A stretch of DNA of 64,000 bases. Origin: Lama guanicoe (lineage: Eukaryota). The position numbers were made by a program, and so were the translations under genes. Below are positions 15,801 to 27,800 of this stretch, piece by piece (the stretch's first letter is position 1; each line of letters begins with the position of its first letter). The notes below the pieces were generated by a model, which was not told the origin of the DNA, ran no database searches, and was given only the letters and a program-made list of their open reading frames with translations. Location: positions 3,750,123 to 3,814,122 of the forward strand of contig MU053557.1 in NCBI GenBank assembly GCA_013239625.1, written 5' to 3'.

Positions 15801-18800
15801 GTCCCCAGAACTTACGCATCTTACAGCTGCAAGTTTGTACCCCTGACCGCTTTCACCCAGCCCCCACTCCCCCGCCCCTGGCAACACCAATTTCTGTTTC
15901 TGTGAATGTGGCTTTTATATTCCACAGATAAGTGATGCCACACAGTATTTGTCTTTCTCTATCTGACTTATTTAGCACAACACCCTCAGGTTTTACCCAA
16001 ATTGTTGTTAACGGCAGGATTTCCTTCTTTCTCATGAAGGCTCACTCGTAGTCTCGGTTTATCCAGAAAGCCCCTCCCTGAGGCCTGTTGAATCTCCTCA
16101 CCTTTGATCTTTCATAGGTTTTATAGACCGTGATGTGCAACACAACATACACACATACATTTCATATCCGTCTCCATCAATTTCGTCAGCTCTCTTCTGT
16201 ACCTAGATTACAAGCACCCTCAGGAGAACGTCGATGATAAATATTCACACACCCACCAGTGTCAGCACAATGCTGAGGCCATGCCAGAAGCCTGTTAAAT
16301 GCTAACTGATTCACTGCTACATGCAATCATTTTTCTTCTTTCCTCTTACTCTGCATTACTTACTCGTCATAAACAGACAAAAGCATAGGAAGGGTAGAAA
16401 ACCAAGCTGAGAAAATGTTTTCATTTTGCAGGAACTCTGCAGTGAATTTCGGAGCCAACTGAGGAACGGAATGCTCATATGCACCAGGGAGAATGACCCT
16501 GTCCGTGGCCCAGATGGCAAGATGCACGGAAACAAGTGTGCAATGTGTGCCAGCATGTTGTGAGTGTCCCTGCACCTCCTCACCACTGACCATCCCTGAG
16601 TCTCAATCTCTTTGTAAATGTATAGAATATGTACCGTGGTTTGTATGCGAGATCATTTTAAAAGCCCATGGACAAGGAATTATGTAATATTTAATCACTT
16701 AGTGACAACATTATTCTCCATTCGGTAATCTTTCTTCTAGCTAAGTCAGGGAAGAGTCTTAATATATGGAAGTAGGTTTTTAACACTTGATAATCATCAC
16801 TCATAACAAAGAGAGCAGAAGACGGATGATCTGGGTGGGACTGTCTCTCTGGTCTCTCACTCCTGACATTTTGATTCTGTGAGTATATTCAGATACTGGT
16901 TAAGGGAAACCCGGTTGGGCAGAGGTCTATGGGGCCAGCATGTAAACACGTCTAAAATAGCCTGAACAAGAAATGGAACAGAGTGGGTTGTACTTATCTT
17001 TTTGGGAGCATTACTACAGGCAAGTGAAATAAATACTTTGCTAAGTGGCTTAAAGAGTGAAATCCCCAAGAGTTCGGCCACGTAACAGACATTTACTAAA
17101 ATGTCCTCTTGAGTAGAGCTCCACTGTGTGGGACGACAGAGATGCTGGCTGTCACCACCTCTGCTGCTTTTCCTTGTAAGACTCCCAGTTCCCTCCCAAG
17201 CCTCACACTAAAATACATGCTCAGAAAAATATTCAAATAATATTTAAAGAGCTTCAAAGAGTTTCAAAGTTGTTTCCCCTTAACTTTCACATGTCTTGGT
17301 CTCATCTTAAGTATATGCACACAGTTCCTTAAAGGAGAGCTTGACAGAGGCAGCCAGTAGATTAAACGGGCCCTGAGATTCAAGAAGTCAGGGCTCTCCC
17401 CTCACCTGCCGCGTCTGCTGGGGCTGCGGTAATGACCGTATCACAGGTAATAAACGCTGAGGATCTTTCTAGTGCTGACAGGCTTCGTGCCACTAAACAC
17501 ACAACAAGAATCCAACATCTTAGGCTCATGATCGACCTCCAAAGATTACTGGTTGAACCTTCTTGGACTTGAATCATCATTGCACTCTAAAACTTGAATT
17601 TCAATGCAATTAAAATAATATTTAAAATTTAATTTTACAGTGAAACATGGTTTATTTTGATTAGGGGCCCGTGGTCTGACCTCGTATCACCCCTTGCTCT
17701 CATCATGAATACGGTGGCTATTTAGATAGAAAAAGCTGCACAATTAAAAAAAGTCAAGGCAGCTGTGGCTTTTTTCAGATCATTGATTGAAATCACTGAC
17801 TGATACGTAAAAGACACCTCAAAGTTCACACACTGATGAAAAAGCATGCTAGTTTTATATTTCTAAGAGGGATTGGAAACTACTGAATTAATCTGCATTA
17901 TTGGGCAAAGCATGAGCACCTCTTGACTGGATAAATTTGTACTGAAGACTTATTATGACCTTTGGTCTGGAAGATCCTCCTTCGTTCTTAAAATATATTA
18001 CAAAAGAAAACAGATGAATGGTGGTTAGTAAGGAAATTATTTCATATATATTACAAATATTAGCAGCCAGATTTTGATTGTTTTAGAGGAGGAATTGTTT
18101 CTCAGACTCTCCTTTATGTAACATAAGCAAATCGACAAATATCTTGATTAACTACTAGTGATAGTTATTGGGATATTATATAATTCATGATCTATAAACG
18201 TTTAAGTCCATAAGATTAAAAAAAATGTTACCAAAGAGAATGGGAAATTGCAGTCAGCTTGTATCTTTTTTTATTGCAGCAAACTTGAAGAAGAAGAGAA
18301 GAAAAAAAATGGCAAGGAAAAAAAGGAGAAAGCTGAGGCCGAGAAGGTTAAGAGAGAAGCAATACAGGTAGTTGTTTCAGACCATCAGAACCACAAAAAT
18401 AGCCCGTTCCCTCCAGGCAAGGCTCCCGCCATCTCCTCCAAAATGTATTTAGATTCTCATATATAAGAAGATCCCTTCTTCCTTATTCAGTTTATTCACC
18501 TCAGATCTGATCTAGTTGCTTGTGCATTTGAGAAGAAGCCGATCCCCCTTTTCTCCACTGACCATGTGAATTATACTACCCCATGAAAGAAGTGTATACA
18601 CACTGCTGTCTTGTCTGAATGCAAACCAATACAGGTAGATTTTAGAATTTTCTCCATACCTTTTTGTATAAGCGTGTTTAGTTAAAAAAACAAAACAAAA
18701 CACAAACCTAGGTTTTTCATCCCAGTTGACTGTAAGATTTTGGGAAAATAACTTAAAAGCATCTTTGAGCCTTGGGTTTGTTTTCTGTAACATCTCACAG

Positions 18801-21800
18801 GATGATGGTGATGAGAATGATGATGGTCATGGTATTATTTGCTACTTAATTAATTATTTGAGTATGACAATTTATAACTGATCTTGGTAGTAACTATTCA
18901 AGGAGCATATCTGTATTTTATGGAAGAGGAACTGGAGACTCACAGAAGAAGTTAGGATGCACATAGGATGTATATATTTACACACACAGTTAGTAATTTG
19001 AGAGCTAACAACGGAACCACAAGTTCTGGCTTTGAAGCCCATGATGCCCTTTAGATGCTGCACCCTACTTCCATTTGAGAAGGTCCTGCGGGCTGTGCGT
19101 CAGGGCTTCATTACTCCTTTCCTTTATCCTTATCTAATTTGGAAGCTCTCATTTCTTTCTGCTCTCACCTTTGATCCCTACAGTCTACTCTCAACTCGGA
19201 AGCCAAAGGAATTATTTACTGCCCAGTGGTTTCTCATCTCGCTCAGAACAAGAATCAAGGTCCTTCTAGGGACTTACAATGCTGTATGTGATCTGACCTC
19301 GGCCACCTCTCAGGTGGCATTTCCTACCCAATGCTCCCCTTGTGCCAGCCACACTGGTCACCTGATTGCTCCCTGAATATACTAATCATTGATTCATGGC
19401 TTCCCATCTCGTGAACTCAGTAAGACTGTCGTTAAAAACCTAGACTCTGGACTCACATTGTCAGGGTTCAGTGCTCACTCTGTCTTCCAACCAGTAAAGT
19501 CAAACATTTAGCATCTTCATGTCTTAGTTTCCTTGTTTATAAAATAATAATAGAATTATTATTATGGTTATTATTTTTATGGAGGTTCCAAGAACTTACC
19601 ATGTATAACAGCACAGTCCCCCACATGTTTAAGTCCTCAATAGCATACATACAATGAACTCTGTTTTCTATATGGATTTTCTCCTACTAAGTCATGAATG
19701 TTCATTCTCTATCAATCAAAGTTCTGGCCACCTTTCATGGCTCAGCATAAATATTTCCTGTTCCCTAAAGATTTTCCCCATTTATATTGAATAGCTCTAT
19801 CATCTGTCGGCAATTTTTCTTTATTTCTCAATTACACCATTTTTTAGTGTAACTTATAGACACTTCTATGTATTTTCTCCAAAGAAACTAAAAACTCCTT
19901 GTTAGCTTTTTATTGTTGCTGTAACAAATTACTGCAAACTTGGTAGCTTAAAAGACAAGACAAATATGGTTTTATGGTTCTTTAGGTTAAAACTCTGACA
20001 TAGATCTCAATGGACTAAATCAAAGGGTTGGTAAGACTGCATTCCTTTGTGGAATCTCTAGGGGAGAATCTGTCTCTTTGCTTTTTGGCTCTTGGACCCC
20101 TTCCACCAAAGCAAACCACACTGCATCTCTAATTGTTCCGTAGTCGCCTCTCCCTCTCCCACTCTTCCGTCTTATTCTTCTAGTTTCTAAGACTGACCCT
20201 TGTGATTACATTGGGCACCACAGAATCATCCAGGATAATATCCTCATCTCAAGGTCCTCTACTCAATCACATCTGCAATGTCCCTTTTACCCTACAGGAT
20301 AACATATTCACAGGTCTTGGGTATTACAGTTGGACAAATTCACGTGGAGGGAGCTATTATTCGGCCAACCACAAATTCCTCTACAAAAAGGACAGTAAAT
20401 TCTTCTTTGTATCTCTCACAGTGCCTAGCCCAGAATATTTGAATTCAGCTGAAGGTTTTCTAATAAACTAATTGACAGCAATTGTATATTCCAACTAATG
20501 TATGACCTAGGTCTCTGAAAAGCATCTCGGCTAATGTCGACCTTCTGCATCACCTTTCTGATGCATCCATTATGTGTGGGGCACTAGATCATAGTTTTCA
20601 AAGGGAGTAACGTGGAGGAAGCTTTCCAGTACTTAGCTATGTGAGTCTTAAGGCGTCCCTCTCTTGGCAGGAGCTGTGCCGTGACTACCGTAACTATGTG
20701 AGGAATGGACACCTTCCCTGCACCAGAGAGAACGACCCTATCGAGGGCCTAGACGGGAAGATGCACGGCAACACCTGCTCCATGTGTGAGGCCTTCTTGT
20801 GAGTAGAGCTGCAGTCACTGCCCCTGCTGATGCAGGAGAAGATGGGCCTGCGGTGGGCACAAGAGATGATGCTGAAGGTTTCCTCCAGGAGGGATGTAGT
20901 GAAGGCTAGCTTTGCACTGGGTTCGGGGACTTACTATTATAAAGCCATATACTTAGTGCTTTTCTTTGTAGTGTTCTCAGTTTCTGAAAGGCATGTGAAT
21001 TGCCATCGGGGAGGACCATGTGCTAAGGGCACGTCCGCCCAGAGTGAGTGGCATACAAGGACTGGGGTTTCTGCTCTCTGCATCCATGCTGCCGTGAAGA
21101 GTCCACAGATACTGTCGCTAGGTGCCAACAAATCAATAATCTGCTAACATCTAGTCATTTTTAAGTACCCTAGCTGTTTTCTGGGGAGAAGGACAGTATC
21201 TTTGTTTTCTGAAAGAATATAGTAGTGGGAATTTATTTACTGATTTGCCCTGGCGTGTGTGTTTCATCCTCTAAGCAACATTAAAAACAAGAACAATATA
21301 TAGAGAGGCGTGCACTTGCCTTTCTGCTCCCAAGCTGGCTTGGCAGAGGTGTGGAAGTAACGGAACATTTCCATCTAGAGAGATTTCCCTTTGGGATCGT
21401 ACGTATTGGGTGCTGGGAATGATCCCCCCGCCCTTTCTTACAGCCAGCAAGAAGCAAGAGAAAAAGAAGCTGAATCTAGAACAAGAGCGAAGAGAGAAGC
21501 TGAAAAGGTAGCTGTCCTGAAAGGTTCATACCACAGCGGAAGGATGAAGTTTGCGATTGTTCCTTTAAAACTAACTCGAGGAACCACTGAAATACGAGCA
21601 GCTCGTATGATTCCCTTTCAACATCAACAAAAGAATGTTCTTTAGTATGAGACAACTTCTGATTTCACCTTAGCTACTACAAGTAAACTGTCCTCTCATA
21701 CCATATTTCTTTTGCTAAATATGATCAGTTAGGGAATTGGCCGTGAACCAGGAAGCAGAGCTAGGAGAAAAACTCTCTCTTGTCCTCACTGAGTTTCAAA

Positions 21801-24800
21801 CTGAACTAAAAGATACAAGGGTGGGGAAAAAAAAAACCCTCACAGATTCAGTCTTAATTGCCATCAGTAATTAATTCCATGATCTTAGGTGATTTGCATG
21901 TTTTATCTCAATTTAGCTCTAGAGCTAAAATTTACTGCGTACTCCCTAGGCATCAGTCATAGGTACACAGAGATCTATATTCTCTCACATTATTCTCACA
22001 ATAATCCAGCACACATACTGAACACTTAATACATACTGGCCATTATTGCTTTAACCATGTGAAACAGCTACTGTCACTTCCATTTTATGGAAGAGGTAGT
22101 TGAGGCACGGAGAGGCAACACTTCTCAACCAATGTCTCTTGGTGGCAAACTGGAATTCTAAGTAACAGTAATGATGTAGCCGTCAACTTATCCGTGCTTG
22201 TCTGGACATACTGGGGATATTATGTCACATTCTTTAGGAAAAGGGAAGAATTCAGAACAAGAAATGGTGCCAATGATTGAAACAGAATGACTGAAGTATT
22301 TGGGGATGCTTAGCTCTTGGAAAAGAACATAGGGAAGCCTGGGAGAAGGCAAAGAAAGCTTTCTCTAAATATCTGAAGGACTGTCTGTATGAAAAATAAA
22401 ATAATCCTCTGTTTCTCTAAGGGAAGTAAAATACCTTGACTTTGGTTACTGGTTTGAAGGAACACACTCATTCTACTTGCAATGACATCTTAGAACAACA
22501 AAACCCTAAGGGCAGGAATCTACAGGATCGATTAGAGGTATTTTCCAAGATCCCTCCGAAGCAGCACTGTGGCTAATTTGTGGGAATGATCTAATGAAAA
22601 TCTGGGGATGAACTATCCGGAGGGTAATGGACTCCTTATCATTGCAGATGTTCCAATGCACATTAGATGACTTCTTGGCAGGTACGGACGACATAAAGGG
22701 GGTTGAGATGTTGTATGCATGGTAGCACCAGATGAACTTACAAGTTTTGCCCAAATCTTAACTTTTTTGATTCTATGTCATGTACAGTGTTTTTATTGCA
22801 TTATAATAGAGCTAGACGACAAAATCTTGACTAAGGGCTGTGACCAGTCCTCAGAGAACCCAGTTTATTAAGAGATCCTGCTTTTGTGTGTGACTGCGTG
22901 TTCAGTCTGGATCTGGGGCACAAATCTCAAGGAAAAAGAAAAAGAAACCTGTTTTTAAGTGCTGTGTGCTCAGGAGGAATTGAGCAAAACAACTACCAGG
23001 AAAAAAAATCCTTAGGTCATTTTCCTTCTTTTTTCCCTCAGGAAGCACTTAGTAGGAAACCAACAAAGTAACTTACAAGAAAATACCCAAGCTCTTGCCT
23101 TTTCTCCTCCTCTTAGGATATGTGCAATGAATTTCGGAGCCTTCTGAAGGATGGAAATCTTTTCTGCACTCGAGAAAATGACCCCGTGCGTGGCCCGGAT
23201 GGCAAGACCCATGGCAACAAGTGCGCCATGTGCAAAGCAGTCTTGTGAGTGCACAGATGACGCCCGTGCTGTGGGCGGCTGGGCTGGGGAGGCAAAGAGC
23301 TGGGAAGAAAGGCTATGTTGTGTTTGTCCTTTTCTTACATATAGAAGCAACAGATGATGACCGGTAAAGCACTTTTAGGTGACTCTTTCTTTATGAAGTC
23401 TATCACAATTCTAGAAATGGATAACCGATGGCTAAGTTATCACACTGTGTTCTGCGTTAGTTTTGGGGTGGTGCCTACCAAGAGATCACAGTATTTTTCT
23501 TGATAAAATTCCAAGCCCTTGACTGTAAGGTGGATTCCTTCTCTGGGTTACCCTGTGATTCCCACTGGGAAGAACACACATGGATTTTACTATCACTCTA
23601 ACTCTTCTACCTCAATTTTGAAAATATCACATTTTTAGGAAATGAAAAATAGCTCTTTACACACAGTTTGCAAGTGTGCCCAAAATATTTACCATTCAAC
23701 AGTTATCTGCTGAACATCTACAGTGTATGATTATACAAAGATGAATCAAACAGCCTTCCTAGAAATCAGAATTCACTAGGGATTAAACATGGGCATAAAG
23801 GAATACAATACAAAGGAGGAACTGCTAAATGGAAAGTGAGGGACATAGGGTGTCATGGTGCTTCAGGAAGGGGAGAGGTAACAAAGTTTCATGAAGGGAT
23901 AAAACTGGACCTTGCACTTTGGATAATATGTGAACAGCACAGGAAGGACTGAGAAGAGGGACAAAGGAGAGGTAAAATGTAAAATTAAGAAAACTGGAGA
24001 ATGTGCACAAAAGAGCAAGTCACTTTGGTTTACTTAGAATGCACTCATTTTGCCAACTCTGAATGCCAGATCAAGGATTTTGAGGATAATTTTATATATA
24101 ACGGGGAGCTGCTAAAATTTTTCAGCTTAGAGAGTAGCATAAAGATGGTTCCTTTTGGAAGATGCATATGTCAGCAGTAGAAAGGAGAAAAAGAGAAGGC
24201 AGGGACTAAAACTGAGAATGCTGCTGGTGGTTCCAGGGGCACGGTAATCAGGGCGAGGGAGCCAGCACAGAGGGTCAGTGCATCGACATGGGAGACACGG
24301 CGAAGGTGAAAGCAGGGTTGTGCCAACAGTGACGTGAGCTGAAGGAGAGGGAGCGGGTCGGGATGGCTCCAACGCTTTGTTCTTTGTGAAAGACAGAGGA
24401 TCCAGGAGGGAGAACACATTTGGCAGAGAAGATAATTATATGGGGACCTCCTGAATATGAGGTATTTGAGAGAAATCCAGCTGGAGATTTCCCATGAGCA
24501 TTTATGAAATGCTAGCTAATTGCTCACCTAGTCTTGCTTGCGGTTGTGTAAACACTGGTTTTCTTTTACTGCCCTAAGAGATCTTCCAGGCAAAGGGACT
24601 CTGCAGAATTCACCTTTCTGTTTTCAAAGAGGGCCTGCAATGTAATAGATGTTCACTGAATGCTGGTGAATTAATTTTGTCATAGGATCAGAAACTCAAG
24701 AGAAATGCGCTCCCCTCTCTGTAATCTGTCATTCCCTACCTCCCACTTTCTAATTTCCAGCCAGAAAGAAGATGAAGAAAGAAAGAGAAAAGAAGAGGAG

Positions 24801-27800
24801 GAGCAGAGAAACGCCGCAGGGCACGGCTCCAGTGGCAGGGGCGGTGGAGGGAAAGCTCAGGTGAGCAGCCTCGGATTGCCATAACGAGAGGGCGCCGCTC
24901 ACTGACAGCAGGGCCGCAGCGGAGCCCACAGAAAAAGCCTCCGCGTGTATTTAGTGCTTTGTTGGAAAACGTCCTTGGAAGAACAGGGGGTTTCCCTTTA
25001 AGACTGTCGGGTCACATCTGGGCAAGTTTTGGTCTCTCCAGGGCTCATTCTGACTTATTAACTTATGACTTATGAAATAATTAACATGACGACCTTATCC
25101 CAGTCTCCTGACGCCTCTGTTTTTTTTTTCTTCCATCTACCTTTCAGGCCAATAATTGATCCTAGGAGAGCAAGTGGTACAGCTGTGTGGACAAGTTCCA
25201 CATCAGCCTCACATGCTGCTCATTTCCTTTTATTATTCTCTCTCCCTGATTGTTCCAAGGCAGGATAATATGGCGAAAGAGCACAGCTTTGGGGGTTAGA
25301 CAGTTTTGGGTGTGATTCTGCCCTTGCCACGTGGACAAGTGAAGCAGTGAACCAGTCACCTCATCTCACTAAATTCTAGTTTCTCTTATTTAGCGGTCCT
25401 CCTACAGGGATACAATAAAATAACTTAGGCACGTGTTCAGCACATTTCCTGAGGCATTTTCAAGTGTCAGCATGACAGTGTTGCATGTAGGCCCCGTTCC
25501 TCAGGCACGTGAACACAGCCGCCTAAGATCACAGCCACCTTATTGCTATTGTTAGAACCTGAGGAGACCAAGACCATGGCTTTGCCTCCAGATCTGACAC
25601 AGGCCCAATATTTGCCTTTGCTACATTGTGGCCTTTCTGTTTTCCCCTCTTTTCTCCTTCAGGAGGCTGAGTTCTCACTCTCAAGTGACAGAGTATAAGA
25701 CCCTTCTATCTATCTTCTCCATAATTTGCTCAAGCCTAGTCTTCCTTGGCATTTTGCGTGATTTATGCTCTCTCCCAGCATTTCTTCCTTCCCTTCTACC
25801 TATACCAGAAGTCAGCAGGTTTTCTTTTTTTCCTGTAAAAGGCCGGATAGCAAATATTTTAGACACTGTGGGTCACATGGTCTCTGTTACAACTATTCAG
25901 CTCTGCAACTGCTGTGGGAAAGCAGCCATAAATAATAGGTACATGAGTGAGTGAGGGTGTTTCCAGTTTTATGTATAAACCTTCGTATGTCAGACTAAAG
26001 CAGGACAGATTAGGCCTGTAGGCTACAGTTTGCTGACCCTTGATCTACGCGATTAAATCCCAGCCAGCTCTGTAATTTCCCTGTTGTAGACCCTTCAAAG
26101 CAGCATTACAACCCATGACAACTGACCTCTTAGAACATGGATGATTCCAGGCCCTCTTTCTCCGTACACAGCAATCCCTTATAAGAGGAAAGAGACACGA
26201 ACTTCTTCCTCATACTGTTTAACAAACTAATACCAGCACAAAAGATCGAATCATCCAGGAGGTCTGCTCTCTTCTCCCCTTTCAGGACCAATGTGCTGAG
26301 TTTCGGGCAAAAATGAAAGATGGAAAACTCAGCTGTACTCGGGAGAGGGACCCTGTACGGGACGCAGATGGCAAATCGTACAACAACAAGTGTACCATGT
26401 GTAAGGAGATCCTGTAAGTACTTTCCTCAACCTGCCCATGTCTGAAAGATAGCTACATATCCCTCCTGCGTTAGGGGCTGTTTCTCATTGGTTTATAGCT
26501 CCTTTCATGAAAACTATCCTTTTTGTTAATTCTTGAATACCTCTTTCTCTTGCATCCCCTAAGAAATGTAGGCTTATTCTGTGTTGTCCTGAGAATGTGC
26601 AGTAAGACTAATGGATGAAAGTTACAGGGAGATAAATTTGGGTACAAATTAAAGAGACTCTGAGATGACTTGAGTTGGTCTGCCTAGAATATCTCCCTTG
26701 TAATGAGGGAGCTTGCTAATAACCGAGGTGGCCGTCTGTCCCTGGGGGGTGCAGAGAGCTTGTCTGTGAAGGAGGTGGTCTAGGATACATAAACTCTAAG
26801 GCCCCTTCCAAACCTGCATGTGTGTTAGCAGGATGACCACTGACTCTTTTCTCTTCCAGGCAAAGAGAAGCAGAGGAAAAAAATAAGCATTCTGGCTACA
26901 GATCAAATGAGACTGAATCAGCATCAGGAAAGGTGAATCTTTAGGTTTTCGCAAGAATGGTCTTTCTGTAAGTCAACACTTGACTATCAAGAATGTCAAA
27001 GAGGGTGTCAGTGTTGCCAGTCAAGATCTTGCCCTGAGAAGGTCTGAAGTCATCACTAATGTGAATATCACTGGTAACTCGTTCAGCTTAGAGATTTAAC
27101 ACCAAATGGAAATCTTTCAGTCTAACACTTTACAAATTACTTTTATGAATAGTAGTCTATTTAATTATCTCAAAAGCCTGGTCAAGTAAGTTTTTTTTAA
27201 CCTTATTTATAAATAGGGAAAATGAGGTTCAGCCTCAGTAACTAACTGCCAATAGTGGCTTAAAACCACCCAAATTCATTATCATACATTCCTGGAGTTC
27301 AGAAGTCCTGACTGGGTCTCACTGTGTTAAAACCAAGGTATCAGTAGGGCTACTTCCCTTTGTGGAGGCTCTGGGGAGGACCCATTTCTTTGCTTTTTTA
27401 ACTTTTAGAAATGCCTGCATTCCTTGCCTTGTGGCCACCTTTAAAATCAGCAGAGGCCAGTTGAATTTTTTTATGTTGCATCATTCTGACACTGATTTTC
27501 CTGCCTTCCTGTTTCACTCATAAGAACCTTTGTGATTACACTGAACCCACCCAGATAATCCAGGATAACCTCTCCATTCTAAGGTCAGCTGATTAGCAAA
27601 CTTAATTTCTCCTTGCCACGTAAGACTACATATGCAGGTTCTAGGAATTAGAACATGAACACCTTTGTGGTCCATTAAACAACCTCCCACAGCAAAGTTA
27701 AGTCAAATCTTCAATTCTCAAGCTCACTCAAATACTATGTGAAAACAACCATTTCCAATGTAATCTTTCTTTTCAGGATGTATGTGATATGTTTAGAAGT

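Noticed and set aside
590..23350. Recurrent minus-strand ORFs with the motif [20 protein letters not shown] (590-880, 6070-6258, 11817-12032, 16356-16586, 23113-23295)
   Set aside because: They are antisense shadows of the repeated SPINK5 domain exons and have no splice or start/stop logic of their own.
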